Source of the DNA: Octopus vulgaris
Taxonomy: Eukaryota
Assembly: GCA_951406725.2 (NCBI GenBank)
Contig: OX597837.1
Coordinates: forward strand, 21,638,001-21,702,000
Direction: 5' to 3'
DNA length: 64,000 bases
Numbering within the stretch: position 1 is the first letter of the stretch; the number at the start of each line of letters is the position of its first letter. The notes beneath the pieces were generated by a model. It ran no database searches and was not told the origin of the DNA. It saw only the letters and a program-made list of their open reading frames with translations. Below, in pieces: positions 35,841 to 51,132 of the stretch. The translations under genes and the position numbers were made by a program.

Positions 35841-36884
35841 TCATCATCATCGTCGTTTAACGTCTGTTTTCCATGCTAGCATGGGTTGGATGGTTTGACC
35901 GGGGTCTGGGAAGCCAGAAGGCTGCACCAGGCTCCAGCCCTTCCTAACGCCAACCACTCCAAGAGTGTAGTGGGTGCTTTTCACGTGCTACCTGCACAGG
36001 TGCCAGGCGAGGCTGGCAACAGCCATGATAGCCCACACAGCTTTGCTGGCACAATTGGCCGGATGATCTGCTGATAACAAACATCTGATGATAATAACAC
36101 CGCTCACTCTAACTTCCATACAAGCAGCCACAGATGTAAACAAGCATAGACACAATATCCACCTGGCATACTTTGTGAAGTTGTTGGTATTAGGAAGGGG
36201 ATCCAACCACAGAAACCATAGGAGTGGCTGTGTGGTAAGTAGCTTGCTTACCAACCACATGGTTCCGGGTTCAGTCCCACTGCATGGCACCTTGGGCAAG
36301 TATATTCTACTATAGCCTCAGGTTGACCAAAGCCTTGTGAGTGGATTTGGTAGACGGAAAGTGAAAAGAAGCCCATCATATATATATGTATATGTACGTG
36401 TGTGTGTGTTTGTGTGTCTGTCCCCCCAACATCGCTTGACAACTGATGCTAGTGTGTTTACGTCCCCGTAACTTAGTGGTTCAGTAAAAGAGACCGATAG
36501 AATAAGTACTAGGCTTACAAAGAATAAGTCCTGGGGTCGATTTGCTCGACTAAAGGTGGTGCTCCAGCATGGCCACAGTGACATGACTGAAACAAGTAAA
36601 AGAGAGTATATATATATATATATATATATAAAAGGGTAAAGACACACTTCGGTCATGAATGACCATACACCTAGAAAGTTACCTCCTAGACACAAGTCTG
36701 GGCAAGGTTGTTTTATGGAAGGCCAGCAGTCGCCCATGCATACCAGCCTCCCTCTCCACGCCACCAGTGTTATCCAAGGGAAAGACAAAGGTCGATACAG
36801 CTTGGCACCAGTGACGTCGCAACTCATTTCTACAGCTGAGTGAACAGGAGCAACGTGAAATAAAGTGCCTTGCTCAAGGCACTT

Positions 36885-36932
<48 letters not shown>

Positions 36933-37668
36933 ACACACACACACACACACATATAATGGGTAAAAGTATATCAAAAGGCATAGAACAAATATGGACTAGA
37001 TTAGTGTTCAGATCATATCACATTCTTAAAATCCAACATCTTAATCATGGGAGATGTAAACCACACACACACACACACACACATATATAGATAGATAGAT
37101 AGACAGATGTATGTATGTATGTATTTGTATATATATATACATTAAAAGGTGGTGAGCTGGCAGAAACGTTAGCAGGCTGTGCGAAATGCTTAGTGGTATT
37201 TTGTCTGAGTTCAAATTCCACAGACATCGACTTTGCCTTTCATCCTTTGTGGGTCGATAAAGTACCAGTTATGCACTGGGGTCGATGTAATCGACTTAAT
37301 CCCTTTGTCTGTCCTTGTTTGTCCCCTCTATGTTTAGCCCCTTGTGGCAATATATATATAGGTGTGTGTCTTTGTGTGTGTATGTCTTTGTGTGTGTGTG
37401 TGCTCATGTGCACACACACATTTGCATGTACCTTTCTCTAGACTTGATACTCTTTTACTCTTTTACTCGTTTCAGTCATTTGACTGCGGCCATGCTGGAG
37501 CACCGCCTTTAGTCGAGCAAATCGACCCCGGGACTTATTCTTTGTAAGCCCAGCACTTATTCTATCGGTCTCTTTTGCCAAACCGCTAGGTGACGGGGAC
37601 GTAAACACACCAGCATCGGTTGTCAAGCAATGCTAGGGGGACAAACACAGACACACAAACACACACAC

Positions 37669-37720
<52 letters not shown>

Positions 37721-38394
37721 GACAGGCTTCTTTCAGTTTCCGTCTACCAAATCCACTCACAAGGCATTGGTCGGCCCGGGGCTATAGCAGAAGACACTTG
37801 CCCGGCATTTATGAGTATAATCATCAATGAGTAACAACCAAGCAAAGTTGCTCATTTCTGATCTTCCATGTCTTGCTATGGGGAAAATATCTTGTTTGGG
37901 AGAAGATGAGGTTTGGTAAAAAGAACAGCATCCTACCATGGGAAATGTGCTTCAACAAATCCCATCTGAACTATACAATCTTAGAAAAGCAAATGTTAAA
38001 AGATGATAATGATTATATACACAAACACACACAGATTACAAAATCCCAAGTGCTTGGTGTAATATAAATTAAAATATAATGAAATATTTGTCAGAAATCA
38101 TAGTACCATTTGATCAACATATTTGTAAATAATTAAGAGAGTTTACTGTTAAAATACATAGTTGAATGTTGCCAACAGAAGTGAAGTAGGAACCTGTTAA
38201 TGTACTGATATCAAGTGGTAGTAGTAGTAGTAGCAGCAGCACCAGTAGCAGCCGTTGCTTCATGGTGTTGTACAAGAACTGGACAGTTGAAAGTTTACGT
38301 CATTTAATGTAAAGCTGTGTGTTGGCTTTGTTTAACCACCCTTGCCCATCCCTGTGGAGCCAATCCTGACTACACAGATCCATGATCAAACACT

Positions 38395-38469
38395 TCACAC
38401 ACACACATATATATATAAATATATATGCATATGTATACAAACATAAATACATACATATACATATGCAAT

Positions 38470-38501
<32 letters not shown>

Positions 38502-38538
38502 TATATATATATATATAAACATAAATACATACATATAT

Positions 38539-38569
<31 letters not shown>

Positions 38570-38790
38570 CACACACACATATATATACATACATATGTAT
38601 ACAAACATAAATACATACATATACACACATATATATATATACATACATATGTATACAAACATAAATACATACATATACACACACAATTATATATATATAT
38701 ATATATACACATATATATAGATATAGATATATACATATATATATACATACATATGTATACAAACATAAACACATATACTCCCAATTATGT
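38395..38790. repeat. Compound TA/CA minisatellite
   Basis: Repeating atatgtatacaaacataaatacatacatatac unit. A similar tract lies at 45320-45825. Confidence 0.85.
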
Positions 38791-39214
38791 ATGTATGTAC
38801 ACAAATCTTGTTCTTATTTATGTAAAGTGAAGTGTTTGATTGTAGGTCTGCAGAGTCAGGGTTGACTCCATAGGAGTGGGGAAGGTTAGTTAAACAAAAA
38901 CAACAAAGTTTTGAGTTAAATGACGTAAACTTCAATGCAAAACAAATATACAAATCTATATACAATTACACACACACACATATATGTATAACATCATTTA
39001 CTGGTTTACTGTCCATGTTCCATACTGGCATAGTTTGGACAGACTGACAGGATCTAATGGGCTCAAGTACTACATCACATTCCAGTGTCTGCTTTGCCAT
39101 GGTTTCTATAGCTGGATGCCCTTCCCAATGTTACCCACTTTACAGTAATATACTGGATGCTTTTTCAATCCACCAGCACTCGTGGAATCACCATGCAGCC
39201 TTCAAAACAACAGC

Positions 39215-40125
39215 CTGCAAAATTCAAAAGTGGAGATTTCAGCCTTGAAGATGAAGATTGAATAGGACATCCAGTTGAGTTTGATAAGCTCCTTGAGGCA
39301 TTACTTGAAGAAAATCTTGCATTATAAGTTGAAGAATTGGCAATAAAGCTTAGTTCAAACCATACAATTGTTCATCGTCATCTTCAACAACTTGGAAAGG
39401 TTCCTAAACTTCGAAAATGGGTGCCTCATGAATTGCCCAAAAGCAACTGCAAATCCCAAGTTGACAACTGCTCTTCTCTCCATTTTCGGGAACTCATTTC
39501 ACCCTTCTTGGATAGACTTGTAACGAAAAGGGGAAAAGGGGAAAAGCTCAACCACAACCGAAAATGGAACTTCATGGGGAAAAAGGTTCTTCTCTCTATC
39601 TGGTGGGATTGCAAAAGAGTAATTCACTTTGAATTTTTACCACCTAATGCAACAATCAATGCTCAAATCTACTGTCAGTAATGAGAGCATTTGAACCAAG
39701 CTTTGAAGAAAAAAAGACCTGCTTTAGTGAATCAAAAAGAAGTGATGTTTCATCAGGACAATGTGCGTCACCACACAGCAAAGATCACATCATAGAAGAT
39801 TGAAGAGCATGGTTGAGAAAAAAATTCCTCATCCACCTTATTCTCCCAACCTTGCTCCTTCAGACTACCATTTGTTTCATAATTTACAGAATCATTTGGG
39901 GGACATAATTTTCACAAGCCAGGAAGAGGTCAAAACTGACATTTCAGAATTTTTCGTTTTGAAGCCAAAAGAATTTTACATTGATGGGATTAAAAAGCTT
40001 GTAAATAGATGAAAGTCATAGATAATTAGGGAAAGTACATTGATGATTAAATTTCAATTAAATATTACATTTGATCACTTATTTTCTTTATTCAAAATTC
40101 CGACAGAACTCATGGGATGATCTGA
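39215..40125 (+). mobile_element. 5'-truncated mariner with decayed transposase
   Basis: WVPHEL, KKVLLSIWWD, FHQDN and PHPPYSPNLAPSDYHLF motifs with stops and frameshifts. The 3' TIR ends at TA. Confidence 0.9.
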
Positions 40126-41912
40126 TATATACATATATATATATATATATATAATGGGCTTTTTTTAGTCTCCATCTACCAAATCTACTCACAAGGCTTT
40201 GGTTGGCCCAAGGCTAAATTAGAAGATACTTGTCCAAGGTGGGACTGAACTCGGAACCATGTGGTTGAGAAGCAAACTTATTACCACACAGCTATGCCTG
40301 CGCCTATTTAATTATAAACATATAATAGAATTTTTCTTTAAATCATTGAATGGCTATGAGACATCCAGTAGAATAAAATAGGAATCAGAGGTCCATAGGT
40401 AAAAATACAGTTGGGAACCACTAGGTTAAAACATGAGAGAAGGTACCAGAGCAGAACAGTTTTCTTGCTGTAGAGCTGCTACATTATTTTGATGGCTTAG
40501 AAGAGAGAATGGGAATAATCGGGTGGAGATAGAAATAACGATGAAGAAGTGACTGGGTGGATGTTTAGCCCTTTTGATACCAACCTGCCTGAAACTGCCT
40601 TTGGCTCTGTAGTACAAATGTCTTATTTTTAAAAGTTCTGAATTAAAATCTTCCAGCAGACCTTAGTCACAATTTATGTTCCTAACACTAGCTTAATGAT
40701 AATGAAAGTTATTTTACTAAATTCTTTGTTATATTTAAAGTAATTGAAAGAAATGCAGAGCATCTCAACAAAAATATGGTAACGAAAGGGTTAAGGTACA
40801 ATCTTCTATTACTTGTTTCAGTCATTAGACTGTGGCCATGCTGGGGTACCGTCTTGAGGAATTTTAGTTGAACTAATCAATCCCAGTACTTATTTTGTTT
40901 TTAAGCCTGGTACTTATTCTGTAAGTTTCTTTTGCTGAACTGCTAAGTTACAGGGCTGTAAACACACCAACACCAGCTACCAAACAGTGGTGGGAAAAGA
41001 CAATCACAATCACAAACACACACATATATGGTCTTATTAAATGAGTGGGGGAAGAGGAATCAGGAGAATGGGTGGGTGGAGTGTATGGAGAAAAGAGAGA
41101 TGGTGAATGGATGAGGGGAGGGGAAATGGACAACAACTGTAAAGATCCGGTTGCATTGATGGGGGTATGTAGTGAATGGTGGATAAGGGATGCTGGATGA
41201 CTAATGATGCATAGGTTGAGGGAGGTAGGAGAGTAAGGGATGATTGACAGGAGAGAAGAAAGGGGAAGGAGAAAACAGCAGAATAACAATGATGATATAG
41301 TAGATAGGAGACTGACGAGAAAATGATGGTATGGGGTTTGAGTAGATTGAAGGAGTACTGGGGGTTGGGGCAAGAAGACAGAAGCAGGCATGGTGTATGA
41401 GGAGAACAGAGGTACAGAAGTGGAATAATAGAGACCAGTTGGTGGCTCAGTCGGGCTCTTGGTCAATATATAGCATGGAAAGAATAAAATGGTTCTGGGC
41501 AGTAAGGAAAAATGAGTGGCATCAGGAAGAGCTAGAGTTAGAGAGACGGTTGGTGGTAGGGTGTCATGAGGAAGAAATTGGGTGAAAGGCCCAGGGCATC
41601 CAGCCATAGAAACCATGGCACAACAAATTGGAGTCTTGACAGCTCCCAGACTGGATAACTCATGCCAGCATGGAAAACAGATGTTAAATGATGATAATGA
41701 TGATATATATACACACACAATATAATATATATCCGGTTCTTGACTGAAGATTGAAGGCTTCGAATATCCCATCCGTGTTTTTTGTATCGTCTTCTAAATG
41801 TTTTGTGTTCTTGTCCCAGTTTGTATTTTTTTACATATATATATATATATATATATAAAAGAATTTTTTGCGTAATGAGATAAAAAACCAAGGCTATGTA
41901 GATATAAGAACA

Positions 41913-41963
<51 letters not shown>

Positions 41964-41990
41964 GTATGTGTGTGATGGCTTGTAGGACTA

Positions 41991-43275
41991 TCAGGTTGTC
42001 AAGAAAGTTCTTGCGGTGTTTAACCTTTAAATTCAGATGCACATATCTCGGCTCAAACAAAACTTTATTAATCGAAATAAGCACCATTAGAATCAGCACA
42101 CTTTTGCCAATGCGAAACAAGTTTATTTATGCCAGTAACATAAGAATCCTGCATTCTGGTGGTGATGAAGTCACTGAAGGCGTGTTTGGCATCGTCTTGG
42201 TTTTTGAAGCAAATCTCACACAGGAAGTTGTTGAGATGCTTGAAAAAATGGTAGTCGATAGGCTAGAGGTCTGGTGAGTATGGCAGATGAGGTAGAGTTT
42301 CATAGCCCAATTCGTTTAACTTCTGCAGGGTCAGTTGTGCAACGTGTGGTCGAATGTTGTCATGGAGAAGAATTGGTCCTTTTCTATTGACCAATGCTGG
42401 CTGTTGTTGTCGGTGTTTCTTATGCATTTCATCCATTTACTGACAGCACTTCTCCACCATAATGGTTTTGCCTGGATCCAAAAAGCTGTGATGGATGAGA
42501 CCAGTCACAGACCACCAAACAGTCACCATGACCTTCTTTCGCTGCAACTTTGGTTTCAGGAAGTGCCATGGAGCTTCACTGGCATCCAACCACTGGACTG
42601 AGCATTGCCGGTTGTCGTAAAGAATCCACTTTTCATCACAAGTCACAATCTGGTCGAAAAATAGGTCGTTCTTGTTGCGTAAAAGAAGGGAAGACGACAC
42701 TTCAGAACAGTGTTTTTTTGGTAGTCGTTCAATTTATGCAGCACCCATTTCTCAAGTATTTTTGTTTTTCCAATCTCTTTCAAGTCATTGGAAATTGTTG
42801 TATACATTACGTCTAATTCAGAAGCAAGCTCTTGAACAGTTGTGCATGGATTGGCTTCCACAAAGGCTCATAGTTGATCGTTGTCAACATCTGATGACTG
42901 ACCACTACGCTTATCATCTCAAGACTCTCATCACCGCTACGAAATTTCTTGAACCACCATTGTGCTGTACGTTCATTGGTGGTTCCTGGGTCAAATGCAT
43001 TGTTGATATTGTGAGCTGTTTTAGCAGCTTTTCGGCCTAGCTTGAACTGGAATTAAAAAAATTGTGCGAATTTGCTTTTTGTCTGTGTCATATTCAACGT
43101 TCAGCAAAAAATGGCCTAATTAGTCAAATAGAAAGAAAATAACACAATTAGATAGAGTGAAAAACGGGCTTTAAAATGATATATAAAGTCAAAGTAATTT
43201 AACAAAAATTAATTTGCAAATACATCATTTAAAGCCCAAATTAAAAATTCCGCAAGAACTTTCTTGACAACCTAA
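41991..43275 (-). mobile_element. Full-length (about 1285 bp) mariner with pseudogenised transposase
   Basis: TA|tcaggttgtcaagaaagttcttgcgg ... ccgcaagaactttcttgacaacctaa|TA. Motifs KWVLHKL, IVTCDEKWILYDN and KKVMVTVWW. Confidence 0.93.
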
Positions 43276-43289
43276 TATTATGAGCAATG

Positions 43290-43710
43290 ATGGACTCCTA
43301 CCTTCACACTAAATTCATCACGGAAATTGCTGTTGATTCTCACTTTACTAGCTGTATCTTTGTACATGGCCTGTACAGCTTTCACAAGCCATTTGTCCAT
43401 ACTTTGTCTCTTTAGGGACTACCAGCTTATTGAATGCAGTACCCTACCAAATGCATTCTCCAAATCAATGAATACCAGGAATAGTGGTTTATTCTTAGCT
43501 AAATATTTTTCCTGCAGTACTTCTAGGCGTGAAGCCAAATTGCATCTCTTCTTCTAACTCTATTCTGTCACGGATCAACTGTGCTATGACCCTGTCTGTG
43601 ACCTTCATAACTTGATCCAGTAGTTTGAGTCTTCTGTAACTGCTTCTCTCTGAAGCATCTCCTTTGCCACTGTAGCAGTTTACAAGGATACTGCAATGCC
43701 CATCATTATA
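43290..43710 (-). mobile_element. RTE-type LINE reverse-transcriptase fragment
   Basis: YRRLKLLDQVMKV...MQFGF, FIDLENAF and FSVKVGVH motifs. Confidence 0.75.
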
Positions 43711-43822
43711 ACTCAATTAAATATTTGGGTTCTATTCCTGAGCGTTATACTAATACATCTGTTTGTCTTGTACACCACCTGTCTTCGTCTTTTGTTTTTT
43801 TCATAAACTTTCCCTATATATA

Positions 43823-44387
43823 TCTATATATATAAAACTCAACTTGTGTGTCTGTGTGTTTAACTTCTCGGCACATCTCCTCCTAGCCAACAAATCATAG
43901 AACCACCAAAAATGGGTCACTTAAAGTTTAGGTGAATGAAAATTGAACTGCGCTATTTCTGTTCCGAAATTCATCTTGCAAGTGCAAAAATCGATAATGT
44001 GTTTGCTTAGGCCTTATCCCATGCATTGAATAGTGAACTTTACTCAGCTGTTTGACGTGAACTGTGTTCACCACGCGTGCAAGCATGCGTAAATTGCATG
44101 AAAAATAAAAAATCAAGATGTAAAAACGAATCGCCGTAAACATTGTAGAAATTCGGCAAAGAAATGAATTTTCGGGATGTAGCCTGGAGGGTTTTTTTGT
44201 ATTAATCGTTTGGACTTTGTGAACACATACCAATTGTTTACATAACATTTTTAACGCTTTGAACTAAATGTGACCATTTTGTGTTGAGTCTGCAGTTTGA
44301 ATCACTTTAACCAAATTTTAGCAGGCTGGATTTTTGATCATCACGATACATCACCAGCGACTCCCTGAAATCCCCGTTGAGAAATCT
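43823..44387 (+). mobile_element. Probable Helitron
   Basis: The 5' end TCTATATATATAAAAC...ttgtgtgtctg matches the other Helitrons. The 3' end is degenerate. Confidence 0.45.
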
Positions 44388-44741
44388 ATTATATATATAT
44401 TAATACTTTGAATGTAACTCCTGAAAAAGAGTAAAAGTAATTATCCGATGAACGACAGGTATTACTGCTAGTATATGTATATATCTGTAGGGGGCGTGTG
44501 TGTTGTACCCTCCCCTTCCAGTGTCTGATGTTAAAGGAAAGATAACTAATCCAAAACGCAGGCATCCATCAGTATGGTTATGAGGTGCTTTTAACTGACT
44601 TGGTGTGTTTTCACCTATTTGTCTGCAGCGAGAGATTTTCTCCAAGACAAAATACAGCGAATGGCTTCTAATAGGTTTAAATATGCCTCAACCATATTTC
44701 AACTGTTAGCACACACACACATACATACATACACACATTTT

Positions 44742-45123
44742 CGAAGCACTCCGTCGGTTACGACGATGAGGATTCCGGTTGATCCGAATCAACGGAACAG
44801 CCTGCTTGTGAAATTAGCGTGTAAGTGGCTGAGCACTCCACAGACACGTGTACCCTTAACGTAGTTCTCAGGGATATTCAGCGTGACACAGAGAGTGACA
44901 AGGCTGGCCCTTTGAAATACAGGTACAACAGAAACAGGAAGTAAGAGTGAGAGAAAGTTGTGCTGAAAGAGTACAGCAGGGATCACCACCATCCCCTGCC
45001 AGAGCCTCGTGGAGCTTTAGGTGTTTTCGCTCAATAAACACTCACAACGCCCAGTCTGGGAATCGAAACCGCGATCCTATGACCGCGAGTCCGCTGCCCT
45101 AACCACTGGGCCATTGCGCCTCC
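44742..45123 (-). mobile_element. tRNA-derived SINE family D
   Basis: Head ggaggcgcaatggcccagtggttagggc...ggtttcgattccc with A and B boxes. Relatives at 56949-57250(+), 57765-58065(-), 46565-46815(-), 16640-16975(-), 18920-19213(-) and 49635-49937(-). Confidence 0.85.
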
Positions 45124-45744
45124 TAGACATACACACATATGCCTACACACACACGTTTTTTTTCTTTTTATCTCATTTCTTCTCTTCCTAGTTCTCTCCC
45201 AGACTATTCCCGAATATCTGAAGACGGACTGTGTCCAAAATGTTGGCAAAGCCACAGAAGGCTGGAACAAGTCTGATGTTCTCACAAATCACTGCTGGGA
45301 TGACATTCCCCTTGCTTACATATGTGTGCATGTACACACACTTATATACACACACACACACACATTTATACACACACACACACACATTTATATACACACA
45401 CACACATACATATATAAATATACCTGCATATGCATAAATACTTTTGACTATGTACATATACGCATATACACAATATACACAACTATGTTTATATATATGT
45501 ATGTCTATATATGTATGCATATATGTACATATACATACATGCATACATATGTACACATGCATACATATATACACATACATATATATAAACATACTTGCAT
45601 ATACATATAAATATATTTGTGTGTGTACATATATAGACACACACATATACACTCACATACACATATATATCACATAAATATACGAGTGTGTATATATGCA
45701 TGTGTGCGAGTATGTATATATAAGTGTATATGTCTGTGTGTAAG

Positions 45745-45784
<40 letters not shown>

Positions 45785-48375
45785 TACACACACACATGCA
45801 CATACACACACATACATACACATGCTAATAGGCCAGAAATTTCATAAGAGACAAGTTGATTAAATCCCCCTCAGTACTTGTTTCGTACTTTATCAACTCC
45901 AAAAAAAGATAAACAGCAAAGCTGACTTCAATGGGGAACAAAACTAAGAATGTGAAGAGCTGTAAGAAATTAAATAACACAAGTTTTTTTGTCCAATGTA
46001 CTAACGATTCTGCCAATCCAATCCGGGCCCCCTATAATTAACCATTAAGTCAACTCCCTTAACACATACCAAACAATCACCACTGAATACTAAAATGCAT
46101 AACACAACCCACACACTTCATACTCGACATAATCACCACCTGACACTATAAAACACAGCAACATATTAGAAAACAGCGTCACTACCCAACAATCTTACAT
46201 GACTCACATTGCACATATTCAACAACACAATCAAGCAACCAGATGAAAACAGTAAAATAACACCCGAAACAACAACAAAAAAAAAAAGAAACACAATAAA
46301 CCTCAAACAGATGTAGCATTCAAAGATAATTCTACTCTGCCAAAAGACAATGCTATACACATCTCTAGAAAACAGAGGGACATCTGGTAATGGTGGAGGT
46401 GGCGGTAGTGGTAGTGGTGGTGGTGGTGCAGAACAAAGTATAATACCGATTTCTTACATTGGCACAAGGCCACATATCTTAGGAGAAGGAACAGCTGTGC
46501 CATAAAGGTACAAATCAGGAGAGGGAGGATGACTGAGTCAATATCAATGACTATTAAAATATACAAATGTGCCCTTTTTAAAGCCTAGCCAGGCTCATGG
46601 ACCCGGTTTCCCGGTTTCAATGGCGTATGTGTTTCCCAGCTGGACAGACGCCAGGCCATCGCAGCGTTACTCATTTTTGCCAGCTGAGTGGACTGGAACA
46701 ACGTGAAATGAAGTGTTTTGCTCAAGAACACAATGCATCGCCCAGTCCAGGAATCGAAACTACAACCTTATGATCATGAGTTCAACACCCTAACCACTAA
46801 GCCACGCGCCTCCACATCAATGACTATTATTTGATTGATATCCATTTCATTGACTCCCAGAAGATGATCAATGCCAGTATTTGACTAAGTAAGTTCAAAT
46901 CCTGCTGAGATCGACTTTGACTTTTGGGTGTTGATAAAAAAAATACTTGTTGAGTACTGAGGTTAATTTAATCGACTTAACCTCTTCCTCATTCTGGGGT
47001 ATCACCTTGAAGATTTTTAGTTGAACAAATTGACCCCAGTACTTATATTTTTAAACCTGGTACTTATTTTATTGGTGTCTTTTGCTGAACCACTAAGTTA
47101 TAGGGACATACAGACAAAAAGACAGACACACACACACACACACAACAAGCTTCTTTCAGTTTCTTCCTATCAAATCCACTCAAGGATTTGGTCAGCCTGA
47201 AGCTATATAGAAGATACTTGCCCAAGGTGCTGTGCAGTGGTATTGAACCCAGAACCATATTGTTTGGAAGCAAACTTCTTACCACACATCAACACCTATA
47301 ATTTAGTCCAACTAATTACCTTTTATGCTACTTCATCACTTTTTACTCAACCCAGAGAGCATCTACGAAGCTCATTCAACCCATTGAAAGCAGCAACCAA
47401 ATTCCTTCCAATCACAGTCTATACTCTTAGACAAACCAGTCCCAAGAGGAATGACCCTTGGTTATAAGTCTGCCTATAAAGCTGCCCTAAAGCTAAATAT
47501 CCCCCTTTGGCACATTTAGAACCACTGTAGCTGATAAAATTGACTTGCAGTGTATGACTGATATCTCTCCTGCAGGAGTGAAAGGTAAAAGTTGAACCTA
47601 AGGCATAAGAGATTTGAACTCCGTAAAAAGCACCCACTACACTTGGTGTAGTGGTTGGTGTTAGGAAGGGTATCAAGCTGTAGAAACACTGCCAGATCAG
47701 ACTGGAGCCTGGTGCAGCCTCCTGGCTTCCCAGACCCTAGTCGAACCGTCCAACCAATGCTAGCATGGAAAATGGACGTTAAACAATGATGATGATGATG
47801 ACCACTGCCACTGCATCTGCTGCCACCACTGCCTTAACCCTTTACTGTTCAAATTACCAAATATAAAGCTTATTTATTCATATTGTTTTGAATTAGTCAT
47901 GTATTGTCTCATAGCTTTAAGATTTTGATGATGTTATTGTCTGTTTTTAGTATGACATAGTAGGATAGGTGTGAGAGGCCAGACCTGGCTAGTTTGAACA
48001 TAAAACAGGAGGCATATTTGGGGCTGGATATGGCCAGTTTAAATGCCAATGGGTTAAGTTCATTTTCTACTGCCATTCCTTAATTATTTCTAACAGACTT
48101 AAAAGCCATATCAGATTAAAGGGTAAACATTCAAAAGTCAGATATCTATAGGGGGTCACTTGACTTTCTAGAACTAACAGCGAAATTTCCATCAAATTTT
48201 ACCGTGCAGTCTTAAAATAAGGGGAAGGATACACAGGATAATATGGAGATTTGGTCCTTAACTCCTACTGAAGTCTATGTATGTTGTAAGCTACTTTCAT
48301 GTATTTCCTGCTACTGTTAGAACTACATTCAAGCAAATTTACATAGCTTTGAAATTGTGTGCATTTATACATAAA

Positions 48376-48884
48376 CTAGCAGTATCGCCCGGCGTTGCTC
48401 GGGTTTGTAAGGGAAATAACTATATAAGCATTTTTAGAGAGTTACTTCCCTTATAAATTCGGGCTTTCTTAGCCATTTTTGTTTTGGTGTCTTCAATCCA
48501 TGAAGTCGTTGTTCTAAAAGAACGCTGGTCTCCTTCACAACGCATTACGACGTTGATTTCTTTACACTCCCTTCCCCACAGCTTCACGAGGGAGGGAAGA
48601 AGGGGGAGAAGCAAACAGGTGCAGCTGTGAGCGTGGACGCCAACTCCGCCGCCATCGACACACGATGCATTTTATGCATTAAAATGGAATAAAAAGTGAT
48701 GTTAAATTATTTTTAAAATCGTAGACTCATCGTAGACGCGCACTAATAGCCAGACGGGCTCGATATAAATCACGACTATAAGATACCCGAATTTGGTTAA
48801 ACTGCACCGCAAAATGTGGGAGGAGTTAGGAATCTAAATCGAAGGGGACAGACACTCACACAACTACAGTTTTATATATATAGA
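48376..48884 (-). mobile_element. Non-autonomous Helitron
   Basis: A|TCTATATATATAAAAC...cccgagcaacgccgggcgatactgCTAG|T on the minus strand. Confidence 0.85.
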
Positions 48885-51069
48885 TAGATATATTGTTAGT
48901 ATTTTAAAGCATTCCACTCAATATTTCTGTCACTAATTTCTTGAAGAAATCATCATCATCATCATTTAACGTCTGCTTTCCATGCTGGCATGGGTTGGAT
49001 GATTTGACTGAGGTCTGGCGAACCAGATGGCTGCACCAGACTCCAATCTTGATCTGGCAGAGTTTCTGCAGCTGGATGCCCTTCCTAACGCCAACCACTC
49101 GGAGAGTGTAGCGGGTGCTTTTACGTGCCACCGGCATGAGGGCAGGTCAGGCGGTACTGGCAACGGCCACGCTCAAATGGTGCCCTTATGTGCCACTTGC
49201 ACAGGAGCCAGTCCAGTGGCACTGGCAACAACCTCGCTCAAATGTTTTTTCACGTGCCAGTAAGGCGACGCAGGTAACAATCACGCTCGAATGGTGCTTT
49301 TTACGTGCCACCAGCATGGAGGCCAGCTTGTTGCTCTGGCAACGATCACACTCGTATGGTACTCTTAGTGCTCCACTAGCACGGATGCCAGTCATCAAAT
49401 TTGATTTCGATTTCACTTGCCCCAACAGGTCTTCGCAAGCAGAGTTTAGTGTCCAATGAAGGAAAGGTACGCATAAGTGGGTTGGTTCCACCCCTGGTAT
49501 CTTAAATCATATTATATAATTATGCTTGTGAGTATATTTTTTTAATTATGTAGTCAGAATTTCCATATATATTACACAGATATTTAATCAACACATATAG
49601 TCAGTGTTTGAATATATTTTTATCTACCCAACTGGCACTCTGTAATGACAACGGCTGTTCCAGTCGATCCAATCAATGGAACAGCCTGCTCATGAAATTA
49701 ATATGCAAGTGGATGAGTACACCACAGACACATACCCTTTATGTAGTTCTCAGGGAAATTTGGCAAGACACAGAATGTGATAAGGCAGAATGTGAAATAC
49801 AGGAAATACTCATTTTTGCCTGCTGAGTGAACTGGAGCAATGTGGAAGTACCTTGCCCAAGGACATAATGCACAACCAAGAATTGAACTCATGCCCTTCC
49901 AATCATGATCTGAATACCCTAACCACTAAGCCATGTGCTTTTATCTACCTATGCAGTAAGTATTCTTAGATTTTGGACAGAATTAGCCCAGGTCATAATT
50001 GACTAAATAGCAGCACTTGATGAAAACATCTAATCATGTTTCATATTACAGTCATAATTTATGTACCATAGCCCAATCAAGTAAAAAGTTATTGTTTGCA
50101 GAAATATATCTAAGAGTAAGTGATTTATTTGGAATTTGTTGGAAGAATTCCTCCTGGAATCATTTGAATGTTATGAGTTCTTTTCTTTTCTTTATGTGTC
50201 TTGGCATAATGTTAAAGAGAGTGGAGCCAGTTGAGGTGAAATAGTTCTTAGTGTTGTGGTATGTATTTTGTACACTTCACTATTATAACTACAGATGTGG
50301 TAAGTTCTGAAATACATTGAGTAATACTAACTGCTAAATCTATGTTCAGTATTTTGATATATTTTACACTTTTATAAACCATAAATCACTGGCCAGAACA
50401 CATTATATGTATGCCTCAAATGTGCTTCCCCTGTCAACTCCTCTTTACAAAATAAGCCTCAGGCACCAGACCACATGGAACCCCCAAATTCCATTTCTGA
50501 AACCAGTTCAAGGCCACCCTGCTCTGCTGCTCCATTGACCCAAAATACCTGGGAGACAATTACCAAGGATTACCCAAAGTGGTTGCATGCCATTATCAAG
50601 GGAATGGACCAGATGGAAAATGACAGACATCAAGAGGTAGAGATCAGATGTCAAAGACAGACTTACACTTTCTTGTCCTCCATCAACCCACCCCATGATA
50701 AATGTCCCCTGGTCCTTCTATACCACCCTTGGCCTGAACAGCCACAGCCACCTCAGGCACCGGGTCCCTTTGCACCTATCAGGATAAAGTGACTCAATTA
50801 ATCACTACAGATTAACCACTCAGATACAAGTTAATACTGACTGATATCTAAAAGAAACTGTGTCTATGTAAATATATATGTGTGAAAATATTAAGGCGCA
50901 GGAGTGGCTGTGTGGTAAGTAGCTTGCTAACGAACCACATGGTTCCGGGTTCAGTCCCACTGCATGGCATCTTGGGCAAGTGTCTTCTACTATAGCCTCG
51001 GGCCAACCAAAGCCTCGTGAGTGGATTTGGTAGACGGAAACTGAAAGAAGCCCGTTGTATATATGTGTG

Positions 51070-51132
<63 letters not shown>

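Noticed and set aside
38300-38965. Many overlapping Y/I/C/V/H/T-rich ORFs here and across the window
   Set aside because: They are products of TA/CA repeats and SINE sequence, with no protein signal.
40948-41772. Longest ORF (274 aa, minus)
   Set aside because: It spans SINE pieces and a pyrimidine-rich low-complexity strand that is stop-poor by composition.
41733-41775. CTGAAGA...GAA possible hammerhead
   Set aside because: There is no closable stem II loop, no full GAAA and no stem I.
45188-45320. VRLQIFG peptide as a candidate first GTPase exon
   Set aside because: It has no GxxxxGK motif and is followed by a stop rather than a phase-1 donor.
46166-46360. VRLLGSDAVF peptide as a candidate P-loop exon
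   Set aside because: It stops before any GK[S/T] and has no suitable donor.
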